From: an uncultured Gammaproteobacteria bacterium
GTDB lineage: Bacteria; Patescibacteriota; Microgenomatia; UBA8517
Assembly: GCA_964568925.1 (NCBI GenBank)
Contig: CAZMSJ010000002.1
Coordinates: 12,339 to 76,338 of the forward strand
Direction: 5' to 3'
Length of the DNA: 64,000 nucleotides
Under the pieces are notes generated by a model. It saw nothing but the letters and a program-made list of their open reading frames with translations. It searched no databases and had not been told where the DNA came from. Position 1 is the first letter of the stretch; every line of letters starts with the position of its first letter. Positions 36,932-45,719 of this stretch are shown in pieces. The position numbers and the translations under genes are program-made.

Positions 36932-38075
36932 AAGCAGATATATTGGTATATTTTTCTTGTGGTTTATTGGGATTCTTTTGTTTGCGCTTATCGCAACAAA
37001 TATCCTACCTAATCAGAAGGACTATCTTGGTGGAGGATTAAGTAACTACATGAGGCTCCCTCTTTTTTGGGGATTTTCAAATTTTGATGGAGAGCATTAC
37101 GTTTCCATTGCGCAAAACGGATATGCCCCTCTTCAACATTTTTTCTTTCCTGTGTATCCATTATTAATTCGTATCATTTCTACAGTTCTTGGACATTCCT
37201 TGTTTTTATATAATCTGTCTGGAATTCTCGTTTCTTTTGTCTCAACTGCAATCTTTCTTCTTGGGTTAGTTCAGCTTCTTAAAATCGATTACTCAGAAAA
37301 AGTGACTGAATTAACTATTCTTTTGTTAGTACTTTCACCTGCATCGTTTTTCTTTTTTATGGTCTATACCGAATCACTTTTTCTCTCACTTGCCGTTTGG
37401 TGCCTGTATTTTTCAAGGCGCAGACTATTTCTACCTGCCGTAATTCTTGCTTCGATTGCCTCTGCTACAAAGGTAATTGGTTTTAGTTTAGGGGTAGCAA
37501 TCTTATTTGAAATATTGGCTCCGAGTTGGCCTATGAAGAACGTTTTTGAAGTTGTTAAAAAGAACATTAAAGAACTATTGTTAGTTCTTTTTTCAACAAC
37601 AGGACTATTTGGATATATGGCATTTCTGCAGAAAGAAACAGGAGATGCTCTCGTTTTTCTTCATAAAATATCTGTGTTTGGCGATCAGCGATCTTCAACA
37701 CTCATTTTCTTACCACAGGTTTTTTACCGATATGTTTTCAAGATTATTCCAAACTTAACCAACTATTGGCCGACAACATTTACAACCCTGCTTGAATTTG
37801 CAGTTGCTGTCCTCTTCCTTTTGATTTGTATATTCTCATTCCGTACTTTGAGAAAAAGTTACTGGATATACTTAGTCATTGGATTTTTGATTCCAACTTT
37901 AGCTGGCAGTTTCTCTTCTTTACCTCGTTATGTGATTGTCTTGTTCCCTGCGTTTTTGTACCTTTCTACACTTCTTGAAAACAAGAAAAAGGCGTCATAT
38001 ATTGTCTTTGCTATATTTGGACTCTTACAGATCATTTCATTAATGTTATTCTTTCGAGGATATTGGTTATCTTAA
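36900..38075 (+). CDS. PIG-V/Gpi18-like mannosyltransferase-type GT-C membrane protein
   Basis: FSNFDGEHYVSIAQNGYAPLQHFFFPVYPLLIR matches the W/F-D-x-x-x-Y-x-x-IA-x-x-GY...FFP-x-YP signature I recall for the Mannosyl_trans2 family. About 9 TMs. Confidence 0.7.
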   Translation: MKSIKKSLVTESRYIGIFFLWFIGILLFALIATNILPNQKDYLGGGLSNYMRLPLFWGFSNFDGEHYVSIAQNGYAPLQHFFFPVYPLLIRIISTVLGHSLFLYNLSGILVSFVSTAIFLLGLVQLLKIDYSEKVTELTILLLVLSPASFFFFMVYTESLFLSLAVWCLYFSRRRLFLPAVILASIASATKVIGFSLGVAILFEILAPSWPMKNVFEVVKKNIKELLLVLFSTTGLFGYMAFLQKETGDALVFLHKISVFGDQRSSTLIFLPQVFYRYVFKIIPNLTNYWPTTFTTLLEFAVAVLFLLICIFSFRTLRKSYWIYLVIGFLIPTLAGSFSSLPRYVIVLFPAFLYLSTLLENKKKASYIVFAIFGLLQIISLMLFFRGYWLS

Positions 38076-38084
38076 AAAAGCATC

Positions 38085-39356
38085 ATGAGACGGAAAATTT
38101 CTTTACTCCTTAAAAACCCACTCCTAACGGGAAGTTTCCTGATGATTGTTGGAAGTATGGGTATTAACGTTGTGAATTACGTTTACCACCTCTTGATGGG
38201 AAGAATATTAGGACCTGTTGATTATGGTGTGCTTGCAAGTATTTTTTCTCTTCTCTACATCATTTCTATTGTTCCTCAGTCAGCAAGTGTCACAATTGTT
38301 AAGTTTATTTCTTCAGCAAAAAGTGATGCCGAGAGGAATCATGTTTCATACGAAGTGATCCGATTTGTTAAAAAGATCGCTTTTTGGGGAAGCGTTATTA
38401 TTGTTGTTGCATCACCACTTGTTAGTAATTTCCTTAACCTCCCATCGGTCGTACCGGTCATATTAGTTGCCCCTGTATTTTATTACTCGATTATTACAAC
38501 CGTTAATCAAGCAATTTTACAAGGTGTTTTATCCTTCTTTGGTGTCGTAACTGCAAACGCGATATCAAGTATCGGGAAACTGCTCATAGGTTTATTGCTC
38601 ATTTATCTCGGGTTTAATGTATCCGGTGCGATTTTTGCCGTAGGACTTGGTGTGTGGTTTGCATATATCGCTTCAAACGTCTTTTTGAAAAATAAAGTTA
38701 CCCCGTCTAGTGAAGCTACTTCCTCATTTCACTTAACCAAATTCTTTGCTTATTCTGGTCCAGTTTTATTGCAAGCTTTTGCTTTTACCTCACTGTTTAC
38801 AATAGATCTAATTATCGTAAAGCACTTTTTTAGCGCATATGACGCTGGTGTGTATGCCGCGCTCTCAACACTCGGTAAAATTATTTTCTTTGCAAGTTCA
38901 CCAATCGCTTCAGTTATGTTCCCAATTGTTGCAAGAAGGCATTCAAATGGAGAACCAGCTCGGGATATCCTTATTGCCTCCTTGCTGTTGACGGGAATAG
39001 CTTCTGGAGTATTTGTGGGTATCTATTACTATTTGCCAAACTTAACAATCACGATGTTGTATGGAAGCAAATATATTGGAGCTGAATCTGCTCTTCCTTG
39101 GATGGGGCTGTTTATTGCAATTTATGGCTTTTGTCAGCTTCTTGTAAATTACTTTCTTTCGATCGGGAAACTAAAAATTGCGTATATCCCATTTGTTGCA
39201 GCCTTGCTGCAAATTGTTCTGCTCAGTATTTTTCATAGTTCTCTCATTCAAGTTATTCAGATTTCATTATCTATTCTTATTTGTATGTTTGTATTACTTG
39301 TAATAATCTTGTCGTATAATCAGCTGAATACCCATGACAAAAAAACAAATAAGTAA
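38085..39356 (+). CDS. MOP-superfamily oligosaccharide flippase (Wzx-like)
   Basis: 423 aa with about 12 TMs. N-terminus LLKNPLLTGSFLMIVGSMGINVVNYVYHLLMGRILGPVDYG is typical of flippase-family proteins. Confidence 0.7.
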   Translation: MRRKISLLLKNPLLTGSFLMIVGSMGINVVNYVYHLLMGRILGPVDYGVLASIFSLLYIISIVPQSASVTIVKFISSAKSDAERNHVSYEVIRFVKKIAFWGSVIIVVASPLVSNFLNLPSVVPVILVAPVFYYSIITTVNQAILQGVLSFFGVVTANAISSIGKLLIGLLLIYLGFNVSGAIFAVGLGVWFAYIASNVFLKNKVTPSSEATSSFHLTKFFAYSGPVLLQAFAFTSLFTIDLIIVKHFFSAYDAGVYAALSTLGKIIFFASSPIASVMFPIVARRHSNGEPARDILIASLLLTGIASGVFVGIYYYLPNLTITMLYGSKYIGAESALPWMGLFIAIYGFCQLLVNYFLSIGKLKIAYIPFVAALLQIVLLSIFHSSLIQVIQISLSILICMFVLLVIILSYNQLNTHDKKTNK

Positions 39357-40125
39357 AAAAGAACAGAATCGATTGATCTCAATCGTAGTTCCAGCTTATA
39401 AACAAGAAATATTTATTAAGGACGATCTCATTAATATCATTGATACACTGGAAAAGGGATTACCAGAGCTCTACTCTTTTGAAATCATTTGTGTTGTAGA
39501 CGGAGAACTTGATAATACTGCTCGTGAAGCTCGAAAGATCAAAGATAATCGTCTCAAGATCATTTCTTACCCAGTTAACTACGGTAAAGGATATGCAGTG
39601 CGTCAGGGAATGAAGGTCGCAAACGGTGATTTTATCTCATTTCTAGATGCTGGTATGGATATTAGTCCAAAAGGAGTCATGATGTTATTGGCTCATATGG
39701 AGTGGTATAACGCTGACGCCGTTGTGGGTTCAAAAAGGCATCCAGTTTCAAAAGTTAATTATCCATTTTTACGAAAGGTGTTAAGTACCGGTTATCATTG
39801 GTTTGTAAAATTAGCATTTGGTTTACCAATTACAGATACCCAAAGTGGTATAAAACTTTTCAAGAGAAGTGTGATTGAAAAAATACTACCAAGACTTCTT
39901 GTTAAAAGGTATGCAATGGATATCGAAATGTTGGCTGTTGCTAAGTATTTAGGATTTGAACGGATCTATGAAGCTCCAATTGAAGTTACCTTTGATAGTC
40001 GCACGAGTGCGATTAAGTGGAGCACCATATTTAAAATGTTGTGGGATAGCTTGGCAGTCTTTTATCGATTGAGAATCCTTCATTATTATGACGACTCAAA
40101 CAGAAAGAATTGGATAACTTCTTAA
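39334..40125 (+). CDS. GT2 glycosyltransferase, DPM1-like candidate polyprenol-phosphate sugar synthase
   Basis: Motifs ISIVVPAYKQE, ICVVDGELDNT, FLDAGMDISP, TDTQSGIKLF. Confidence 0.65.
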   Translation: MTKKQISKKEQNRLISIVVPAYKQEIFIKDDLINIIDTLEKGLPELYSFEIICVVDGELDNTAREARKIKDNRLKIISYPVNYGKGYAVRQGMKVANGDFISFLDAGMDISPKGVMMLLAHMEWYNADAVVGSKRHPVSKVNYPFLRKVLSTGYHWFVKLAFGLPITDTQSGIKLFKRSVIEKILPRLLVKRYAMDIEMLAVAKYLGFERIYEAPIEVTFDSRTSAIKWSTIFKMLWDSLAVFYRLRILHYYDDSNRKNWITS

Positions 40126-40132
40126 TATTTTT

Positions 40133-41242
40133 ATGAATATATTAGTACTTAGTTGGCGAGACCCAAAGCATCCGATGTCTGGTGGTGCTGAACAGGTAAT
40201 GCATGAGCACATGAAAGGCTGGATTTCTGCTGGTCACAAGGTAACTCTTTTTGCATCTGCATTTGGTGGAAAGGAAACGGAAGTACTTGATGGCGTAACA
40301 ATTGTTCGTCAAGGAAGACAAATTCTTGGTGTTCATATAAAAGCTTGTATTTGGTATATCACTGGTAATCATGAGAAGTTTGATCTAGTCGTTGATCAAT
40401 TCCATGGTATTCCATTTTTTACTCCTCTCTATGTTCGTGCTAAAAAACTTGCAGTTGTTCAAGAAGTCGCAAGAAATGTCTGGCTCAAGAATCATCTACC
40501 ATCACCGTTTAACTGGATTTTTGGGATTATTGGATATGTTACTGAACCAATCTATTACTTGTTTTACAAAAACGTGCCTTTTATGACTGGGTCGGCCTCA
40601 GCTTTGAAAGATCTTGAAACGATAGGTATATCTGCCAGACAAATTACAATTGTTCCTCATGGAGTGAAACTATCTCTTCCGAAGCATATACCACAAAAGG
40701 AGAAAATTCAGACAATTATATTTTTAGGAGCGATCGCAAAGGATAAAGGTATTGAAGATGCTCTGAAAGCATTTGCGTTATTAACACAAAATGGAACGTA
40801 TCAATTTTGGGTTGTCGGTAAAGCTGGCGAAGTATATTTATCTGAGGTTAAGCGCATGACAGAGCAGCTTGGTTTAACGAAAAACACTACCTTTTGGGGA
40901 TTTGTTTCAGAACAGAAAAAATTTGAGCTACTTTCAAAAGCACACCTCATGATAAACCCGTCTGCACATGAAGGATGGGGGTTAGTAAATATTGAAGCAA
41001 ATAGTGTTGAGACTCCTGTTATTGCTTATCCTTCTGCCGGTCTGGTTGATTCAGTGAAGAATAACGAGAGTGGAATTATAACAAAAGACTCAACACCTGA
41101 AAGTATTGCGTCTAATGTTTCTCGTGTATTGTCTGACCAAAAACTATATAAAAAACTGCAAAAAGGAGCACAAAAATGGTCACAACAATTCACCTGGCCG
41201 TCCTCACAAAAGAAAAGTCTGGACTTAATTGAATCTTTATAA
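40133..41242 (+). CDS. GT4 (GT-B) glycosyltransferase
   Basis: Motifs MNILVLSWRDPKHPMSGGAEQV and HEGWGLVNIEANSVETPVIA. Confidence 0.8.
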   Translation: MNILVLSWRDPKHPMSGGAEQVMHEHMKGWISAGHKVTLFASAFGGKETEVLDGVTIVRQGRQILGVHIKACIWYITGNHEKFDLVVDQFHGIPFFTPLYVRAKKLAVVQEVARNVWLKNHLPSPFNWIFGIIGYVTEPIYYLFYKNVPFMTGSASALKDLETIGISARQITIVPHGVKLSLPKHIPQKEKIQTIIFLGAIAKDKGIEDALKAFALLTQNGTYQFWVVGKAGEVYLSEVKRMTEQLGLTKNTTFWGFVSEQKKFELLSKAHLMINPSAHEGWGLVNIEANSVETPVIAYPSAGLVDSVKNNESGIITKDSTPESIASNVSRVLSDQKLYKKLQKGAQKWSQQFTWPSSQKKSLDLIESL

Positions 41243-41250
41243 ATTTATCG

Positions 41251-41259
41251 TGTTACACT
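41251..41259 (+). promoter_or_regulatory. Extended -10 TGtTACACT, 10 nt before ATG 41270
   Basis: It lies in a 27-nt gap. Confidence 0.35.
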
Positions 41260-41269
41260 TAATTTACCT

Positions 41270-41473
41270 ATGAGTGATGGTGTAACTTTCCAACCTTTGA
41301 TATCAATTGTTCCTCAAGAATCAAAGCCACACAGATCTTTTATTGCTTTAGTTGTTATTGGAGTCTCTATTGTGTTTCTTCTATTAACCATTGCGTTTGT
41401 ATATGTTTTGACAACAAACATACAGTTGAAATATAAGCTTGAAAGCTGCCAGAAAACAACACAATCGTCGTAA
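41270..41473 (+). CDS. Small single-pass membrane protein (67 aa)
   Basis: One hydrophobic segment, FIALVVIGVSIVFLLLTIAFVYVL. TGtTACACT lies 10 nt upstream. No recognisable family. Confidence 0.4.
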   Translation: MSDGVTFQPLISIVPQESKPHRSFIALVVIGVSIVFLLLTIAFVYVLTTNIQLKYKLESCQKTTQSS

Positions 41474-41509
41474 CAATCTTTCATACTTGTTGTTTTATAT
41501 TTTGGGTTA

Positions 41510-41515
41510 TATAGT
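41510..41515 (+). promoter_or_regulatory. -10 box TATAGT, 7 nt before ATG 41523
   Basis: It supports the signal-peptide start at 41523. Confidence 0.3.
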
Positions 41516-41522
41516 AGCGAAT

Positions 41523-42062
41523 ATGAAGTATATATTTCTTCTTCTTCTTACAATCTGTCTTTTGGTCCCAAAGTCAGTTTATGCACATAAAGATGGAGAG
41601 CCGCTTGTTACTGCCTCTGCTTCTGCGAAACCAACTCTCAACACCTTTGAAACTTTCTGGCCACTTACAGCGGGGAAGACAATGGGGGACAGTATGTATT
41701 TTCTTAAAACATTGAAAGAAAACCTTCGAGGGCTACTAATTTTTGGTGCACCTGAAAAGGGTGAATATCATGTGTTTCGTGCAACTAAAAGACTATTGGA
41801 GGCAGAATCCTTGATGAAGGCTGAAAAGAAAGATTTAGCACTACAGACAGTAATCGTTGCGAACGATTTCCTTACACAAACTAAGTCTGATTTTAAAGAT
41901 GTCTCCGGAAGAGATGAGCTAAAGGCGGGGGTTAAAAACAAACTTGATAAGCTTATTGTTTTGGTAGATGAGATGGTTGATAACTCAGATGGTGATCTAC
42001 ACAAAAAACTTCATCTAACACATTCTTTAATTGAAGAAAATTTAGTTTTTGTAAGAAAGTGA
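41523..42062 (+). CDS. Secreted helical protein (DUF5667-like, tentative)
   Basis: ATG 41523 yields a signal peptide, MKYIFLLLLTICLLVPKSVYA|HKDG, so the ORF-track start at 41439 is an over-extension. The rest is lysine/glutamate-rich and predicted helical. The family assignment is from memory only. Confidence 0.45.
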   Translation: MKYIFLLLLTICLLVPKSVYAHKDGEPLVTASASAKPTLNTFETFWPLTAGKTMGDSMYFLKTLKENLRGLLIFGAPEKGEYHVFRATKRLLEAESLMKAEKKDLALQTVIVANDFLTQTKSDFKDVSGRDELKAGVKNKLDKLIVLVDEMVDNSDGDLHKKLHLTHSLIEENLVFVRK

Positions 42063-42977
42063 TATTTCTTTCATTGATTTGATCTCAAGTTTACCTTCTT
42101 CTACCTTTTTATTTGCATAAGCAAGAATTTCTTCAAAGTCGTACATGAGTTTATTTGTTTGATCAGCGAAATCGATCGGATGAGACCATAAATGAAATAT
42201 CTCACCTTTTTTAATTGCATTGTCTATTCCTCTTTTTGCTTTATATGCACGAAACCCTTTAGGAATGTATTTTCTTATACCTCTTGCTGATGGGAAATAA
42301 TACGAACCTGGAATATTTATAAGTCCAGCATTTTTGCTAACTTTTACTGAAGAAGGCGAAATAGGCAATACGAAATCAAGTATTTGAAGAATGTGCTTAA
42401 AGATATTTGGAGCGGCTGAAAACCAGTTAACATCAGGACCTCTATACGTTGTAAATCCATTCTTTTTCAGAAGACTTAAGTGTCCTACTGAATTTTTAGG
42501 AAACACAAATGAAGTAGCTTTGATGCCGTAGGATTTTGCTACTTTAATCCATGCACTTAAATCACTTTCAGCACTTTCATGTGTACAACCCTCCTGACCC
42601 CAAAAAAAATGTGAATATGTATGAGAAGCAATTTCTTGTTTTGGAGTAGATTTGATTTTTAAAAAGAGTGATTTTCCATACCAGTCAGGATTTTGTTTTT
42701 CATCAGTACCAGGGTCGTATTTAAACCAGTCAAACTCTTGGTTTTTATATCTTGGTCGGACAACATCAAGATGATTTCCATCACAACTACTAAGCATCAT
42801 GTGACCAGTAACTGCCCATGTTGTTGCAACATCGTACTTTTCAAAAAGTGTAAGTAATTGAGGTATTGTTTTCCAATCTTTCCGTGCTCTGAGTTTAAAA
42901 CTATCAATCTCCTGAAGATGTACTCTGCCCCAAATCAATTCAGTATCAAGTGATATGCAAAGTATTCCTTTTTTCAT
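42042..42977 (-). CDS. Polysaccharide deacetylase (CE4/NodB-like)
   Basis: ATG 42977 forms an ATGA overlap with the upstream methyltransferase stop. Motifs ILCISLDTELIWG, TWAVTGHMM, IASHTYSHFFW (H-T-x-x-H). Confidence 0.7.
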   Translation of the reverse strand: MKKGILCISLDTELIWGRVHLQEIDSFKLRARKDWKTIPQLLTLFEKYDVATTWAVTGHMMLSSCDGNHLDVVRPRYKNQEFDWFKYDPGTDEKQNPDWYGKSLFLKIKSTPKQEIASHTYSHFFWGQEGCTHESAESDLSAWIKVAKSYGIKATSFVFPKNSVGHLSLLKKNGFTTYRGPDVNWFSAAPNIFKHILQILDFVLPISPSSVKVSKNAGLINIPGSYYFPSARGIRKYIPKGFRAYKAKRGIDNAIKKGEIFHLWSHPIDFADQTNKLMYDFEEILAYANKKVEEGKLEIKSMKEISLSYKN

Positions 42978-43714
42978 TTTACGAGTATCCAAAATGTAGT
43001 TGGAGCGATATATTTTGCGATTGAAGAGAACATATTAAAAAATACTTTTGGTACAAAATCAAAAACAGAATTGTTGTATCCAAATGTCTTTGGCCTTTGT
43101 AAAATCTTTGCAGTATAGTCGATTTGAACAAAACTCTTTGTTAATTTCATCAGCCCCCAATAGGTCACCGGAGTCTCGTAATATTCGTTTTTTCCTTTCA
43201 CTTTGATATATATGTTTGCAATAGATTTTGGCAAATAGGAGAGAAACGGTAAGTCGTAATGAGGCTCTATTGGCCAAAGAGCATTTATCGCTGCAAGGTA
43301 ACAAACGCCACCGGGTCGCAAAACTCTGTGCATTTCATCAAACAGTTTTTGTGCATTCGGTACATGCTCGTAGACATGAGTACACACAACGACGTCGAAC
43401 TGATTGTCTTTGAATGAGAGAGCCATTGCGTCCTCCTTTTTGAATACCAGGTTCTTTTGCTTAAACTTCTTTTTTGCAAAGGATATTCCTCCCTGATCAA
43501 TATCAGTTCCTATGACTTTTTTGAAGTGTTTTGCTAATACGCTATCAATAATTCCAGTGGATGCACCGACATCAAGAAGTGTAAGGTTTTTTAGCTTACT
43601 TTTTCCAAAGTAATCTTCAAGCGTTTTTACAATTCTAACGCCTTTTAGCTCTCTAGACTTCTTGTCATACATCTGTGGTCTGATTGATGCATACTCGTTT
43701 TGGTATTTTTTCAT
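42974..43714 (-). CDS. Class I SAM-dependent methyltransferase
   Basis: Motifs LLDVGASTGIIDS and FDVVVCTHVYEHVPN. Confidence 0.8.
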   Translation of the reverse strand: MKKYQNEYASIRPQMYDKKSRELKGVRIVKTLEDYFGKSKLKNLTLLDVGASTGIIDSVLAKHFKKVIGTDIDQGGISFAKKKFKQKNLVFKKEDAMALSFKDNQFDVVVCTHVYEHVPNAQKLFDEMHRVLRPGGVCYLAAINALWPIEPHYDLPFLSYLPKSIANIYIKVKGKNEYYETPVTYWGLMKLTKSFVQIDYTAKILQRPKTFGYNNSVFDFVPKVFFNMFSSIAKYIAPTTFWILVK

Positions 43715-43761
43715 GCCAATAGTATTGTACTAAATTTGCAGTATAATTGGTGAGCATTTCT

Positions 43762-44604
43762 ATGAAAAAGATACTTTTAACTGGTTCCAGTGGTTTTATT
43801 GGATCTGCTCTTCATGAAGCTCTAAAAAAAGACTACGAGGTTCTTGTTTTGGATCGAAAAGAAGTTTCGTTTGATAATACTGAAAAACTTATTTCCCTTT
43901 GTAAAAGAATAGATGTAATAGTCCATTTCGGAGGTCTAACAAGAGGTACCGTTCCAGAGCTTGTTGAAGCAAATGTTTTAAATACAACGCGTTTGGCCCA
44001 GGCTGCTATACAAAGTGGTCGAGATATCCACTTCATATTTGCATCATCTTTCGCAATCTATGCTCCATCTAATGAGTTATTGACTGAAGACTCCGCAACA
44101 CAACCTAAAAGTCCATATGGAAAAACAAAAAAATGGGCAGAAGAAATGCTCCAAACCATGTCAAAAAATACAAATCTTTCAGTTACTTCTTTGAGAATCG
44201 CAAACGCTTATGGACCTAACGTTCCTCCGTATGCACAATCTGTGATTGCAACATTTATTGATCAAATAAAAAACAGTAAACCAGTAACCATTAGTGGGGA
44301 CGGACATCAGAGAAGAGATTTTGTATTCGTAAACGATATCGTACGTGCTGTTAAGAAGTCTCTTCTTCATACACCAAAGTCAGAGTTTGAAACTTTCAAT
44401 ATCTGTTCTTCTACTGAAGTATCTTTAAACCAGCTTGTTGAAAAAATTAGCGCTCTATTGGGTATCCCTGCTTCAATTGATCGAAAAGCGGGTGAGGTTG
44501 AGACTGCCACATATATAGGAGATTATCACAAGGCAAAATCGGTATTAGGATGGAGTCCACGAACTTCATTTGAGGAAGGTCTACAAAAATGCGTATTGGA
44601 ATAA
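43762..44604 (+). CDS. NAD-dependent sugar-nucleotide epimerase/dehydratase (SDR)
   Basis: Motifs KKILLTGSSGFIGSAL and SPYGKTKKWAEE (YxxxK). ATG 43762 is preferred over the ORF-track TTG 43747. Confidence 0.8.
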   Translation: MKKILLTGSSGFIGSALHEALKKDYEVLVLDRKEVSFDNTEKLISLCKRIDVIVHFGGLTRGTVPELVEANVLNTTRLAQAAIQSGRDIHFIFASSFAIYAPSNELLTEDSATQPKSPYGKTKKWAEEMLQTMSKNTNLSVTSLRIANAYGPNVPPYAQSVIATFIDQIKNSKPVTISGDGHQRRDFVFVNDIVRAVKKSLLHTPKSEFETFNICSSTEVSLNQLVEKISALLGIPASIDRKAGEVETATYIGDYHKAKSVLGWSPRTSFEEGLQKCVLE

Positions 44605-45719
44605 TTACACACAATTTTCCGGCAACTTCTAAAGAAAGAAAAGATGCTGGTGTTTTTTTGCAAGATTTTGCTGTTGCACTTTCAAAAGAACACAAAGTAT
44701 TTATTTTATCTCCACATTTTACTGGTGATAAAGAGGTCTATAAAAATACTCCAGTAACATATTTTTCTTGGCGTGGAGGAAAAAACAAACTTGGAGATTT
44801 TAAGATCACGAGTCCTCAATCTTTTATTCATTTTTTAAGTTTAATCAGAAATGGTAGAAAGGCCGCTGTTTCCTTTGCACAAGAGAATAAACTAGATTTT
44901 ATTCTTGCTGCATGGGCACTCCCCTCGGGCGACTTTGCATATGTTGCCAGTAAAAAGACCAAGATTCCCTATGCTGTTTGGACATTGGGTTCAGACATGA
45001 ATAAGTTTATAAAATACCCAATCCTCAAAGGTATGATTGTTCGATCTTTGCGTTCTGCTACCTTGTGTTTTGCAAATAGCTATTCCTTGATCAAAAAGGT
45101 GGAGAAAATTACAAATAAATCATGTGAGTTTCTTCCAGCTGTAACTGATTTGCAAATGCCTACTGGAACAAGACGAAAACAAAAACATTTTAGTTTTCTC
45201 TTTGTAGGTAGACTTGAAAAAGTTAAAGGACCAGATGTTTTGCTTGAAGCGGCTACTAAACTCCCAAAGAACGTAAACTGGAAAATAAAGATTGGTGGGG
45301 ATGGTACCTTACAAAAGGAGCTTGAGTCATATATTACAAATAATAACCTGAGTGATCACGTTGAATTACTTGGGAGGCTTGATGCACATGGTGTTTCTGA
45401 ACAAATGATGCAAGCTGACTGCCTTGTTGTACCATCGCGAAACGAAAGCTTACCTTTGGTTGTTATTGAATCATCCCGTGCTAATTTACCTGTTATCGTG
45501 ACAGATGTCGGGGACTGTAGATACATCGTAAATAAGTATGATGTTGGTCTTGTTACAAAATCAGAAGATCCAAGCCTGTTAGCAAAATCGATGATTAAAG
45601 CGATGAAAACTAAGAACTTTAGAGGCAAGTATCGCAAAGGATTACATAATTTATCAATTGATTTTACACAGGATAAAGTAGTTTCTCTTTTTAATTCTTA
45701 TGTCAAAAACAAAATTTAA
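44589..45719 (+). CDS. GT4 (GT-B) glycosyltransferase
   Basis: Motifs MRIGIITHNFP and SRNESLPLVVIESSRANLPVIVTDVGD. Confidence 0.8.
   Translation: MRIGIITHNFPATSKERKDAGVFLQDFAVALSKEHKVFILSPHFTGDKEVYKNTPVTYFSWRGGKNKLGDFKITSPQSFIHFLSLIRNGRKAAVSFAQENKLDFILAAWALPSGDFAYVASKKTKIPYAVWTLGSDMNKFIKYPILKGMIVRSLRSATLCFANSYSLIKKVEKITNKSCEFLPAVTDLQMPTGTRRKQKHFSFLFVGRLEKVKGPDVLLEAATKLPKNVNWKIKIGGDGTLQKELESYITNNNLSDHVELLGRLDAHGVSEQMMQADCLVVPSRNESLPLVVIESSRANLPVIVTDVGDCRYIVNKYDVGLVTKSEDPSLLAKSMIKAMKTKNFRGKYRKGLHNLSIDFTQDKVVSLFNSYVKNKI

Noticed and set aside
43715-43761. A canonical -35/-10 pair in the divergent 43.7-kb region.
   Set aside because: TATAAT (43742-43747, plus strand) and TACAAT (43724-43729, minus strand) are present. 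However, the TTG-containing hexamers nearby give spacers of 11 nt or less. I therefore report only -10 boxes (14 and 9 nt from their ATGs), not full promoters.
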